The translations under genes were made by a program, and so were the position numbers. Shown here piece by piece: positions 21,675-32,496 of a DNA stretch of 64,000 nt. This stretch comes from Salinispira sp. Its GTDB lineage: Bacteria; Spirochaetota; Spirochaetia; DSM-27196; Salinispiraceae. How positions within the stretch are numbered: position 1 is the stretch's first letter; each line of letters opens with the position of its first letter. Location of the stretch: the NCBI GenBank assembly GCA_965226555.1, contig CBDDDG010000022.1:128001-192000 (forward strand). The letters are read 5' to 3'. Below the pieces are notes generated by a model. That model was given only the letters and a program-made list of their open reading frames with translations, made no database searches and was not told the DNA's origin.

Positions 21675-22898
21675 ATGAACATTGTTATTATTGGGGCGCA
21701 GTGGGGCGATGAGGGAAAGGGAAAAATGGTCGATTTTCTCTCTGTTCATGCAGACATTGTTATCCGATTCAGCGGAGGGGCGAATGCCGGTCATACCATT
21801 GTTAATAACAATATAACCTATAAATTCCACCTTCTTCCCTCGGGCATACTGTATGAGAACACAACTGCCGTTCTCGGAAGCGGAATGGTCATTGATCTTG
21901 AAGCCCTCTTTGCGGAACTGGATGAAATTCAAAAACAGGGCATAGAATGGAAGGGGCGGGTTTTCATATCCAATAGAGCCCACATTGTATTACCCGGGTA
22001 TAAAAAGAAAGATATTGAGCTGGAGAAGGAACGCAAAAACCCCATTGGTACGACTGGAAGGGGTATTGGAGTTGCCTACAGTATGAAGGCAGGCAGGGAT
22101 GGCCTGCGGGTTGTGGATGTTCTTGATCCCGATCGTTTGCAGGCGCTTGCCGATGATGACAGGCGATATCTTGCGCAATTTACCGATCTTCTGAAAGAGA
22201 TGACCTTCGACATCAGTACCTTCATCCACAAAAATACCTCCAGCCAAATACTGCTTGAAGGCGCTCAGGGAGCACTTCTCGATATCGATCTTGGAACCTA
22301 CCCCTTTGTAAGTTCCGGCTGTTCTGCTGCGGCAGGGGCGAGCCTTGGCGCGGGCATTGGTCCGAAGCAGCTCGATAAGATATATGGTGTTTTCAAAGCC
22401 TACTCAACGCGGGTTGGTAATGGTCCCTTTCCAACCGAATTCAGAGAAGAATTCGATGGTAATACGGAAGATCTGGTGCGCAGTCTTGGTCATGAATATG
22501 GAGCGACCACAGGGCGTCCACGGCGCTGCGGACACCTTGATCTTGTCGCTCTCCGCTACGCTGTTCTGGTAAATGGTTTCGATGCGCTCATACTTACGCA
22601 CATTGATGTCTATGATCAGTTTGATGAGATATATGCCTGCGTTGCCTACGACATTGACGGACGGCGCACGAAGGAATTTCCCGCGAGTATCAGCGATCTG
22701 GAAAGAGCGCGGCCGGTTCTCCAGTCCTTCCGGGGGTGGAAAACAGACATTACTGCCATTCGGGAGTATCAGGATTTTCCTGCTGCCGTACAAAATTACA
22801 TTACCTATATCGAAAACTTCTGCGAAAATCCGGTTGAAATTGTCAGTGTTGGGGCTGACCGCGCGCAGACCATCATCCGAAAGCCGATATGGACATAA
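21675..22898 (+). CDS. purA: Adenylosuccinate synthetase
   Basis: 'GAQWGDEGKGK', 'GGANAGHT', 'LLEGAQG', 'GATTGRPRRCG'; SD AAGGAAGG before the ATG at 21675. Confidence 0.97.
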   Translation: MNIVIIGAQWGDEGKGKMVDFLSVHADIVIRFSGGANAGHTIVNNNITYKFHLLPSGILYENTTAVLGSGMVIDLEALFAELDEIQKQGIEWKGRVFISNRAHIVLPGYKKKDIELEKERKNPIGTTGRGIGVAYSMKAGRDGLRVVDVLDPDRLQALADDDRRYLAQFTDLLKEMTFDISTFIHKNTSSQILLEGAQGALLDIDLGTYPFVSSGCSAAAGASLGAGIGPKQLDKIYGVFKAYSTRVGNGPFPTEFREEFDGNTEDLVRSLGHEYGATTGRPRRCGHLDLVALRYAVLVNGFDALILTHIDVYDQFDEIYACVAYDIDGRRTKEFPASISDLERARPVLQSFRGWKTDITAIREYQDFPAAVQNYITYIENFCENPVEIVSVGADRAQTIIRKPIWT

Positions 22899-23159
22899 TA
22901 CTCATAATGGATTTCGGCGGGCAGACTGCTTAGCTCATTTCCCGCCGCATCCGCGAAATTGGCCTGTACACGGAAATCGTACCCGGAAATTGTCCATTCA
23001 CCAACAGTCCTCCCTGATCGGTGATGGGATCGGGAATACTATTCGGGGCATTGGAAAAAATGCCCGGGTGATCAAAAAGTCAGCGAACAGTTCGATAAAT
23101 ACCAGAGAGCCCTCATAAACAGCAGGACATTTCAGGCACAGACCAACCTTCTTGTTCTG

Positions 23160-23465
23160 GTGCTATGGTACCATGGCGAAGCACTATGGGAAGGAAATCT
23201 CAGTTTTCACAGTTCCCAAGATATACATACACACATACCGGAAAAATTGTACACAATGATGGAAAAAGTTCAGATGAGTGATTGGTTTGTCAATCAGGGC
23301 ATGGAGAAAGGCATTCTGAAAGGCCGGGTTGAAGGGCATATTGAGGAGCGGAGAAAAAACGCTCGCAGTATGTTTTCCAAAGGATTTTCAGCCCATGACA
23401 TTCAGGATGTTACCGGGCTGAGTGATGATGAAATGCGGACAGTGCGGAACGGATTCGTGAATTAA
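23160..23465 (+). pseudogene. Rpn/YhgA-family (PD-(D/E)XK transposase-like) remnant retaining the C-terminal domain
   Basis: 'VLWYHGEALW' resembles the Rpn 'LVLYHG..W' motif, joined to the typical tail 'QGMEKGILKGRVEG...ARSMFSKGF...IQDVTGLS'. The nuclease N-terminus is absent. Confidence 0.7.
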
Positions 23466-23574
23466 ACGGATCTGTGGCATCCACAAGGCAATGGTTGAAT
23501 TCGCCCTTGACTTCAAGGTTTATTGCAGACTAATATGACCACATCGAAATACAGAGCAGAAAGGAGTATACGCT

Positions 23575-25347
23575 ATGATGAAAAATCGCTACCTTACCTT
23601 GTTGGAAAATCTGCGTCACAAACTGACTGAGGTCGGAATGGAGCAGGAAGTAGTTGAACAGACACAAAAAATAGCCTCAGACATAGAATGTTTTGAGGTG
23701 ATTATTCCGGTTGTCGGCGCATTCAGCGCTGGCAAGACTTCACTTATTAATAGCTTTTTACAGCGAGATAAGAAAGCTGAACTGCCAGTCGACACTCTCG
23801 CCCAAACAGCCATTGCTACCGAAATTCGTTCGGCAGCCCCCGGACAGAATGAGTACATTGATCTGTGCGATAATGACAGTTGTGAGCATTCGAAAAAAAT
23901 TGATTTGGAAGAATATAAGAACATATCTACCGGAACTCTGAAAACTGAAAAGCCTAAATGGCTCTTTGCGCGGGCATTTCTGCAAAGCGAAAGATTGTCA
24001 TTATCAGACAACAAAATACTTGTTGATATGCCGGGGCTTGATTCAGGACTCAGAACACATAACAACGCAATACTACGCTACCTTCCCCGAGGTAGTTTTT
24101 TCATACTGGTAATTGATGCGGAAAATGCCTCACTGCGGAGAAGTGAACTAATTATGTTGCAGGAACATAACATTCAGGGCTTCGATTTTGCCGTCCTGAT
24201 AAACAAAATAGAGAAAAAAGAACAAGATCGGGATGAAATTATCAGCCACATTACTGAACAGATAAAAACTCAACTGAATATAGAGGCTCCTGTCTATGCG
24301 GTGTCTACAAGAAAAGGTGAGACGGGTATTCACGGTATGTTGGAAACATACCAGAACATTGACTGCGACCGCGCCCTGCAGAATTTTTATTATTCAGTCC
24401 TCATTCAGCACTTTGACAGTATTCTGCAACTATTACATGCCCGATACAGCGGCCTGAATCTTGATTCCGCTGAGAGCGATGAAATTATTGAAGAACTGCA
24501 GAAGCAGAAAGAACAAGCCATACATGCCCTGCAGGAACAGACCAGAGACATTGAACGGAAATATTCCAATACTGCCGTCGATAAACTGCTGCGGGCACTG
24601 CGTGAAAGAATTTCTGAAGCAGCCCCCATGCTCGCGGAGTCCTATTCGGGAGATGGTGAAAGCCTGAAACGTGAACTAAATGAAATTGTGCGATTTGAAC
24701 TTACTCATTTACTAACAGCTGCCCGAGAGGAAACCTCGCGTGAAATTATGGAATCTATAAGCGAGCAGATGCAGAAACTTGATGCTGCCTTTGAACGTTT
24801 GGTCACTCCCGAAAATACCACTGTTTCAAACATTTCAGCCACACTGGAAAACATAGTGCCCGCAATGAGAAAAGTGCATACTGGTTTTTCGGACGTTGCA
24901 CAGAAAATTACTAACCGCGATGTTCAAGCATCGTACCTTGCAATAAGTGGAACACTGGCCGCGGCCACTGCCGTTATCGCGCCATGGCTGGAGGTAATTA
25001 TTATTATGCTCCCTACTATAATTGGCATTCTGAGCAAGGGAGCGCGCGAGGAGCAGGAACGCAAGCAGAAACAGAAAATTGAAACCGAAATAAAAGGAAG
25101 CGTCGCGTCCCGCATTACTTCTGAACTCCGCTCTGAAGTTAGCAAAACCTATCGTGAGGAATGCGCTTCAATGATTCATGCGGTGCAACAGCAGCTAAGC
25201 GGCAACATTGAGGCAATTGAAAAGGAACTGAAGCAGGCCCGTGAACAGCGTAATGTGAAAGAGGCTGAATTGGAGGCGCAAAGAGAACAATTGAGCGGGG
25301 CCATTGAAAGCATCAGCTCCTTGAAACAGTCAATTCAGGCGCAGTAA
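23575..25347 (+). CDS. Dynamin-like GTPase, LeoA-like
   Basis: 'IIPVVGAFSAGKTSLIN', G3 'DMPG', 'NK'; hydrophobic paddle 'LAAATAVIAPWLEVIIIMLP'; coiled-coil tail. Confidence 0.88.
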   Translation: MMKNRYLTLLENLRHKLTEVGMEQEVVEQTQKIASDIECFEVIIPVVGAFSAGKTSLINSFLQRDKKAELPVDTLAQTAIATEIRSAAPGQNEYIDLCDNDSCEHSKKIDLEEYKNISTGTLKTEKPKWLFARAFLQSERLSLSDNKILVDMPGLDSGLRTHNNAILRYLPRGSFFILVIDAENASLRRSELIMLQEHNIQGFDFAVLINKIEKKEQDRDEIISHITEQIKTQLNIEAPVYAVSTRKGETGIHGMLETYQNIDCDRALQNFYYSVLIQHFDSILQLLHARYSGLNLDSAESDEIIEELQKQKEQAIHALQEQTRDIERKYSNTAVDKLLRALRERISEAAPMLAESYSGDGESLKRELNEIVRFELTHLLTAAREETSREIMESISEQMQKLDAAFERLVTPENTTVSNISATLENIVPAMRKVHTGFSDVAQKITNRDVQASYLAISGTLAAATAVIAPWLEVIIIMLPTIIGILSKGAREEQERKQKQKIETEIKGSVASRITSELRSEVSKTYREECASMIHAVQQQLSGNIEAIEKELKQAREQRNVKEAELEAQREQLSGAIESISSLKQSIQAQ

Positions 25348-25394
25348 AACATCGACGGCATATAAACCAATACAATAAACGGAGGAAAACCCCC

Positions 25395-27590
25395 ATGGAA
25401 AATAATACACCTAATACCGATACTGTTCGGGAACTTTACCAGACGCTGTCTAAAATCGCAGAAAGCAACAAAGAGTTTTTCAATGATGGCAGTACCATAC
25501 GGAATATTCAAAAAGACTCTCAGAGCTTCACCGAAGACAGCAGAGAACTGGAAAATAACAACCGCCTGCTCCGCATAGGCATTATAGGACAAATAAAGGC
25601 GGGTAAATCCACACTGTTAAATCACCTGCTGTTCAATGGGCAGGATGTACTGCCAAAGGCAGCCACACCCATGACTGCAGCCTTAACCCACATCGTCAAG
25701 GGCGCTAGGAATGTCATTGAAACCACCTATTTCGACAAAAAATCGTGGGCGGATATTGAACGACTTGTAAAACAGACACAACAAAAACAACCCACTGAAC
25801 CTTCCGCCCCCAGCGTTAACGAAGTAGACAAAACAGTGTCCGGGGCGCGTGAAATATACAATCATGTGAAAAAGAATGGTATTAATGTTCAGGAATATCT
25901 TGGTAAAACGGAAACACAGGATTTTTCCAATACTAATGATCTGGCAAAAAAACTGCTGGATCTCGTGAGTACGAAGGGTACTCTCTCTCCTTTGGTACAG
26001 CAGGTGAAACTGGAAATATGCGAAGGAGCTATGCCGGATTTCGACATTGTTGATACACCAGGCTTTAATGATCCTGTTGTATCTCGCGATATCGCAGCCC
26101 AAAGGCTCCTCGGTAAATGCGATGTTGCCATTCTCATGAGCTATACTGGCCAATTTTTGGCTCAGACAGACAAAGACTTTCTCTTAAGGCGTATTCGGGA
26201 AAAGGGCATAAAACATGTTCTTGTGGTTGGCAGTAAGTTCGACAGTGTCATGATGGATGAAATCGACTCAGATGAAGGCCCGCATAATTTTGACGAAACA
26301 TATAATGCAACAGCCACTAAATTACGTGGAGTGACCAAAAATTTGAAAACGGCAGAAGCCGGACTGAACCTCACAGATGACGATGTTCAGTTTATCTCCA
26401 CCATGGCCTCCGACATTGCGAACAATACGCAGCATTTGAATGAGGAACAGGAGCACATATTACGCTATTTGAATGAGGTGTTTCCCGATTACTTCGATGG
26501 TATGCCCCCCCTGAGCGAAACAAGCAGAAGCAACCTCCTAAAATTAGGCAACATGGAGGGTATTAATGCGCGACTCCAGAGCTACAGGGAAAAGAAGGAT
26601 AAAATTATTCGCGGACGGCTCGGAGAACGAATACAAGGCGAACTATCGCTGCTGTATGACCTTCAAAAAAGTATGATAGAAGATGTTGAAGATTACTGGA
26701 AAGATTTGGATAATTTTGATCCTAACAGCGCGGAAAATAAGAAGCAAGAAATGGAAAGCATTCTCATTGATGTTAAAGATACTGTGGAAATTGAAGTGGG
26801 AGAGATGACAATAGGTTTTTACAAAGATAACATCAACAAAGTTCGTAAATTTATTACCACAGAATGTTCAGACGTAGAATATGCCGTTACAAACTCCGAA
26901 ATAACGAAATACAAAACCGTAGAAAAAAGGCAATTTTTGGGTGGACTAATACGATTATTAAGGTTCTCTAGCGGATGGGAAACACAAGAATATTCGGTCT
27001 TCGACAGTAACAATGCCATAATGGAAATAGAAAAATTTTTGGATGAAGTACAAAGACTCTGGAAAACAAATGTCTTAATACCTTACAAACAAAATACTAA
27101 TAAACACTGTAAAGACTTAAGAGATACGGTTGTTATTATTATTAATAATAAGATCTCTAATGAAGCTATGAGCCCCATTAATGAAAGCGAGTTGAAAAGA
27201 ACCCTGAAGAAAACCATGAGATCTGTAGTTTCTGATGTTGGTGAAATTCTGTCAGATACGAATGCTCTCATAGATAGTAATGATAGTGCCATGAGTCAAA
27301 TTATTGGTGATGATAGTGACAGGAGTAAAACTGAATTTTTAAAATCACTGCGGGGTGTAGTGAGAGAAATGGAAAATACATTGCTCGATACCATTGAAAA
27401 GCTTATTGAAGCCACAAATAATGCCTGCGCTGGTGTTACGGAAAAAATTCAAGCTGCCTTTAACACACATCTTGATGATCTCACAAAGCAAATTGAACAA
27501 AAGAAATTTATGCACCAGCGTTGTATTGCAGCCGTTAAAGAACTTAAAAATGTGAAGGTACCGGAAATAAGCCATGAATACGAACATTGA
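25395..27590 (+). CDS. Dynamin-like GTPase, LeoBC-like
   Basis: 'LRIGIIGQIKAGKSTLLN...LPKAATPMTAALT', 'DTPGFNDPVVSR', 'SKFD'; GGAGG SD. Confidence 0.88.
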   Translation: MENNTPNTDTVRELYQTLSKIAESNKEFFNDGSTIRNIQKDSQSFTEDSRELENNNRLLRIGIIGQIKAGKSTLLNHLLFNGQDVLPKAATPMTAALTHIVKGARNVIETTYFDKKSWADIERLVKQTQQKQPTEPSAPSVNEVDKTVSGAREIYNHVKKNGINVQEYLGKTETQDFSNTNDLAKKLLDLVSTKGTLSPLVQQVKLEICEGAMPDFDIVDTPGFNDPVVSRDIAAQRLLGKCDVAILMSYTGQFLAQTDKDFLLRRIREKGIKHVLVVGSKFDSVMMDEIDSDEGPHNFDETYNATATKLRGVTKNLKTAEAGLNLTDDDVQFISTMASDIANNTQHLNEEQEHILRYLNEVFPDYFDGMPPLSETSRSNLLKLGNMEGINARLQSYREKKDKIIRGRLGERIQGELSLLYDLQKSMIEDVEDYWKDLDNFDPNSAENKKQEMESILIDVKDTVEIEVGEMTIGFYKDNINKVRKFITTECSDVEYAVTNSEITKYKTVEKRQFLGGLIRLLRFSSGWETQEYSVFDSNNAIMEIEKFLDEVQRLWKTNVLIPYKQNTNKHCKDLRDTVVIIINNKISNEAMSPINESELKRTLKKTMRSVVSDVGEILSDTNALIDSNDSAMSQIIGDDSDRSKTEFLKSLRGVVREMENTLLDTIEKLIEATNNACAGVTEKIQAAFNTHLDDLTKQIEQKKFMHQRCIAAVKELKNVKVPEISHEYEH

Positions 27591-29277
27591 TAATCTGCAT
27601 AGGATTCTCGCAGATGGACATAAATTGTTACAACAAACAAATGCCACTATTGCCTCGGGGCTACACGCCCTGCAGGAAGATACCCGCCAAACGGCGGTAC
27701 AGAGTGAAACGAGTTCTGCGCAGCTGGATCACTGGTGCTTACGCGTACAGTCATGGCTCAATGTTGAAACAATAGAAAGCCGGCTGAAACGCCGCACCCT
27801 GCATCGTCTGCGGAGGAAAGATATTCTTCGCTTGTTCAGTTTGCTCAAAATGTGCGCGCAGAAAATGACCGAACACATCCTCAACAATTACACATTACAC
27901 AAAACTTTTCAGACTCACATTCAACAACATGTGGACGCAGTTGGGAATGTTGCCAATAACCGCGACATTCACGTATTATCCCGCTCAATCAATGACACAA
28001 TGCAATTACTCAAAGAACAAAGTGAGGCTATAGAGAAACAGCGTAAGATTATTGATCTAAAAAGTGATGTTATTGAATTTATTGCCAATATTGCCCCAGC
28101 AGAATCCGTACAAAGCGTTGCCGACAAACCCTTCAAAGATTACTGCGCGCTACTTGAAGACGACTACCTGAAGGAATTTGCGCCAAATGCCAATTTACCC
28201 GATGAAGCTGCGCAATATGAAAAACTCCTAACACTACGCGAGGAAATGAAACGCATTATGCTCGCTCCTGCTGTCTATCGGCGGGTTATTGGCGCGGTAA
28301 CCGGAGCATTCAGTAGCGGTAAATCGACCCTTCTCAACTATTTGATTGGCCCTAAATTAAAACTTCTTCCCACAGATACTCTGCGCACAACTGCTATTCC
28401 AACCTATATTACCCACGTGAAAAGCGAGAATGTCGAAACATATATTGTCAGTAAAGTAACCGACGGCAGAAAATTGAATACCGAACACGATAGGAACAAA
28501 GAGTGGCTGCCATTCATTACTCATCAATTTACAGAAAACTATAAAATTGCCTTAAATACGCTGCTTGAGTGTGTTGTTCTCTCCACACCCAGCCTTGAAG
28601 CATACAAGAAACTGGCATTCCTCGACACGCCGGGCTATAACAGTGGAGATACTGATAATAAGATTGCAGATCGCTCTACTGCTGGCATGCAGTTTCTCAT
28701 TTTATGCTGTAATTGTCATAAAGGTGGTCTGACTGACCTTGACGTCAGTTTTTTGAACAAACACATGGAGCAACCGGAACCGCCAGAATTGTACCTTGTT
28801 TTGACGAGGGCACGGAGGCACAGTCCCAGCAAACGAAAGGAAATTATGGATGCCGTGCAAAGAGCGGTAGATAAATGGAAATGGAATCCTGCGGGTATTG
28901 GTCTGTTTGACAAGGCAGGATGGTACGAGCATAAGGGAAAATCACTGCCGGAATTTCTTGAAGAAATGAATAGACACAGCCCCAACGACACAATGCAACG
29001 TGACTCCGATGCAATATGGGACACGTATATTGAACATCATAAAAAAGAACAAAAAAAGCAGGAAACGCTACTTGGCTTCGTAAAGAAATGCAGCCTGCTA
29101 ATGGATGATGCAGATGAGGACACATTTAAAACGGAAGTCAGAGATATGAAAAAAACCATTGAAACTGCCATTACGCTACATGCAGACTGCAAAATCAAGG
29201 CTGAAAAATTAAAGTCTAAAACTCAAGATATATTCCACGAATTCTTCAGCGCAGTAGAAAACAGCCATCACTCATGA
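27574..29277 (+). CDS. Third dynamin-like GTPase with long N-terminal helical region
   Basis: 'GAFSSGKSTLLN', 'TTAIPTY', 'FLDTPGYN'; G4 position reads TRAR; overlaps the previous gene by 17 bp. Confidence 0.82.
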   Translation: MNTNIDNLHRILADGHKLLQQTNATIASGLHALQEDTRQTAVQSETSSAQLDHWCLRVQSWLNVETIESRLKRRTLHRLRRKDILRLFSLLKMCAQKMTEHILNNYTLHKTFQTHIQQHVDAVGNVANNRDIHVLSRSINDTMQLLKEQSEAIEKQRKIIDLKSDVIEFIANIAPAESVQSVADKPFKDYCALLEDDYLKEFAPNANLPDEAAQYEKLLTLREEMKRIMLAPAVYRRVIGAVTGAFSSGKSTLLNYLIGPKLKLLPTDTLRTTAIPTYITHVKSENVETYIVSKVTDGRKLNTEHDRNKEWLPFITHQFTENYKIALNTLLECVVLSTPSLEAYKKLAFLDTPGYNSGDTDNKIADRSTAGMQFLILCCNCHKGGLTDLDVSFLNKHMEQPEPPELYLVLTRARRHSPSKRKEIMDAVQRAVDKWKWNPAGIGLFDKAGWYEHKGKSLPEFLEEMNRHSPNDTMQRDSDAIWDTYIEHHKKEQKKQETLLGFVKKCSLLMDDADEDTFKTEVRDMKKTIETAITLHADCKIKAEKLKSKTQDIFHEFFSAVENSHHS

Positions 29278-29561
29278 CCCGCTTACACACCAACAATGTA
29301 TATTTCCCGATTGCCGTTTTTCCTGCTGCATTAGAGAAACTCACCACGATTCGGAGTCAGCGGGTTCATAATCATGGGTGAAGTATGCCGTATTTTGAGT
29401 AATTTATTGAATGATAAAACGTAAAAAATGAAAAATGCGCAAAAATAAAAAAGTTCACATGTGGATTTGACATTCTGAATAAATGAACGATACTACATGT
29501 TATAGATGAGACTGTTGCTGTGCAACGATCTCAAAATTTCTTTCAAAAGGAGAATATAACA

Positions 29562-30627
29562 ATGAACAAACCGAATCTTTTCTCGTATGCCACAAGTGAA
29601 CTTTCGCAAGATGCTTTCATCTGCTGGCTGCTTGCATGGGCTCATCCTGAAAACAAGGAAATCAATTCCGACAGCCCCGCGCTGCATGCCTGCGCGCGTG
29701 CGTTAATTGAAGCGTTTTTTGAGAAGCACAAAAATAGGGAACACCCCCTAAATGCCGCAGACGTAGATAGTTCATACCCCAAAACATTCCCGCAGCCATT
29801 ACCAGCGTGGAAGTGGATAAGCAGCACAAAAGAATTGACGTGCTCTGTATTGTGAATGGTACTTACGCAATTATCATTGAGGATAAAATTGATACCAAAA
29901 ACCATTCAGACCAGTTAAAGCGGTATATGGATGAGATCAGCAAGAAATATTCCAAGGAAAATATTTCCCCCTCTATTTCAAAACTGTGGATCAATCCTCA
30001 TACAGCAAGGTTCGTTCGGCAGGGTATGAGCCATTTCTGCGCGCCGATTTTCTCAAAATTCTCAACGCATATGACGGGAAGAATGACATTCTGCTGGATT
30101 ATCGGCGCCATCTGCAACAAATAGAAGATGAAGTGCAATCGTACACGACTCAGGGTCTGAAGGACTGGCACCCGCTCCAATGGATGGGGTTTTATATGAG
30201 GTTGCAGGAGTTGCTGAAAGCTCCCAACGCCGGTTGGGATTATGTGCCTAATCGATCCGGAGGTTTCTGGGGCTTCTGGTGGGGATGGGTGCCTATTGAA
30301 AAGCCTACTGAAAAACAGGGGAAATGCGAACTACACATTCAATTAGAGGAAGATAAGCTCCGCTTCAAAATTTATGTAAGTGACGCTGACGCTGCGAAAA
30401 TGCGAGAACTCAGGTGGAAATGGCATCGGAAAATTATGGAAGCGGGCGGGAAAGACTTTGGACTGCAAAAACCTGCCCGATTCGGGAACGGCACATATAT
30501 GACGGTATGTGAATTTCGTGCCGATTACAGAGTTTCAGAAAATAACATAATTAACATGGACAAAACGCTTGCTCGCCTGCGCGATGCCGAAGGTATTTTG
30601 GCATCCGCCACTCAGGCGGACAACTAA
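29562..30627 (+). CDS. PD-(D/E)XK nuclease superfamily protein, split by two frameshifts (~29790, ~29968)
   Basis: 'PNLFSYATSELSQDAFICWLL', 'RIDVL...IIIEDKI....HSDQLKRY', 'WDYVPNRSGGFWGFWW'. Both breaks lie at short homopolymer runs. Confidence 0.8.
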
Positions 30628-30664
30628 TTTTCGGGACTCATTCGCTTTCGTTTTTTCGCAAACG

Positions 30665-32490
30665 TTAAACGTTACGCCCCCACCGAGGGGACGAAAATCC
30701 CGAGTAGGTTATGTAGTCAAAGTCGGCGGGGTGCCTGCCCCCGGAAACATCGAAGCAGCCAATGCCGACGTACATACCGGTGAAGCCCATGGGTTTTACA
30801 TAATCATCTGAGTAAATGCTTGCATCGAAAACAGGCTCAATAGAGTTCCAGTCGTTATTTTTCTGGCTGTTTTTCCGCTCTATTCTTCTGTTCATTCTTC
30901 CGGCTATTCTTTTGGCGCCAACGCAGACGCAGTTCTCCCATTGCTGAATCCACTCCGAGTTCAACCGGACCATTTGCCAGCAGAATCTCGTTCTCCCCAA
31001 GGGGCATGCTGAGTTTTCGGAGGTCAAAGGAAATAACACCGAGGCGGCGCGTGCCGTCAATGTCGCTTATTCTGAACAGGAGTTGCGTACTTTCATCATA
31101 ACGGATAATAAGCCCTGCCATATGCTGAAAACTTTCTGGTGAAAAATCGACACAGGTTTCGGCAGACCAGTAAAAATGCTGCACTCTGCGCAGCAGAACC
31201 GATTGCCGGAACCTGCTCAGCATGGATTCAGCGCCATAGAGGCGCAGCCAGCCGCTGCGCTCGCTCAGAGAAAAATACTCATCATCGGCGGGTCCGCGAA
31301 GTGTATTGAGCTTCAGGTTCCAGCCTGGCCCGTCAAAATCCTCCATCCACAATTCCTCTGTTTTCTCGTCCCTCTCTGACTCCCCTGCGGAATTATCAGC
31401 AGAATCATCCTCGTTGTTGGGAGCGCGCAGGCTATCGGGATCGTGCAGGCTATCGGGAGCGCGTAAGCCGGAGGAGCTGAAAGAAACTTCAGTTGCGGCG
31501 CCATCGCCTTCAAGATAGGGCCAGTCGTCAGTGCTCCAGATAATTTTCTGGAGAGCGGTTTCCCGTCCGAGCGGACAACGCCATGTGTCCCACAGGGGGC
31601 GTCCGCAGAGGTGGGCAAGTATCCATTCATTGTCTTTCCAGGGAACCATGCTTGCGTGGCCTGCTTTCTGCAGGCCGGGAAAAAGGCAGGCCCGCGCCTT
31701 TAGGGGGTCATGCAGTTCATGGGCTTTCTGAAAACCAGGCAGATCGGCGACAGCCGTTAAAAGATGTGTTTTAGGGTGAAGTTCATAGGGGCCGTCAATG
31801 TTCCTGCTGCGGGCAAGGGTTACCGCGTGCGTATACGAGGTGCCGCCCTCGGCAGTCATGAGATAGTACCAATTGTTTCGCGTGTATAAATGGGGCGCTT
31901 CGGTCACTCCACGCGGAGTACCGGAAAAAATATGAGCGCTCTTTCCAATGAGCATTTTTTTGGCGGGGTCGTATTCCTGCAAAAGAATTCCGGCAAAACT
32001 GTTTTTTCCCGGTCGATAATCCCAGATCACATTAACAAGCCACTTTTTTCCGTTGTCATCGTGGAAAAGAGAGGGATCAAAGCCGGATGAGTTGAGGTAG
32101 ATTGGTTCAGACCAGGGGCCGCGGACATCCGCTGCTGTTATCAGATAATTATGGGTATCTTTAAAACCGCCTCCGACATTGTCCGGTGTTCCTTCCCATT
32201 CTTTTACATCGGTATAGATGAGATAAAACAATCCGTCGCAGGAGCTCAGGCAGGGTGCCCATATCCCCCCCCGATTTCGGATTCCCCCGCATATTGAGCT
32301 GCGATTCACGGGTAATGGCATAGGATACAAGTTCCCAGTTCTGCAGATTCCGGCTGTGGTGTATCGGAACACCCGGCCAATATTCAAAACTGCTTGTCGC
32401 AATGTAAAAATCGTCTCCAACCCGGCAGATCGAGGGATCGGGATGAAAGCCCTGCAGAACAGGGTTTTTCACGGCACACGATGTATCCAC
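30665..32490 (-). pseudogene. Glycoside hydrolase family 43 (beta-xylosidase/arabinofuranosidase), frameshifted at ~32270 and ~30950
   Basis: 'NPVLQGFHPDPSICRV', 'GGIWAP', 'GFDPSLFHDD', 'TEAPHLY', C-terminal 'GFTGMYVG'. Confidence 0.85.
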
Positions 32491-32496
32491 GAAAAA

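Noticed and set aside
22899..23120. Minus-strand fragment reading 'YDFRVQANFADAAGNELSS' (Ig-like surface protein relic?)
   Set aside because: Short, broken by frame changes and lacking a start; cannot be supported without a search.
29290..29400. Minus-strand traces resembling a TolB/PD40 repeat ('DYEPA', 'RKNGNREIYIV')
   Set aside because: The pieces lie in different frames and are too short to distinguish from chance.
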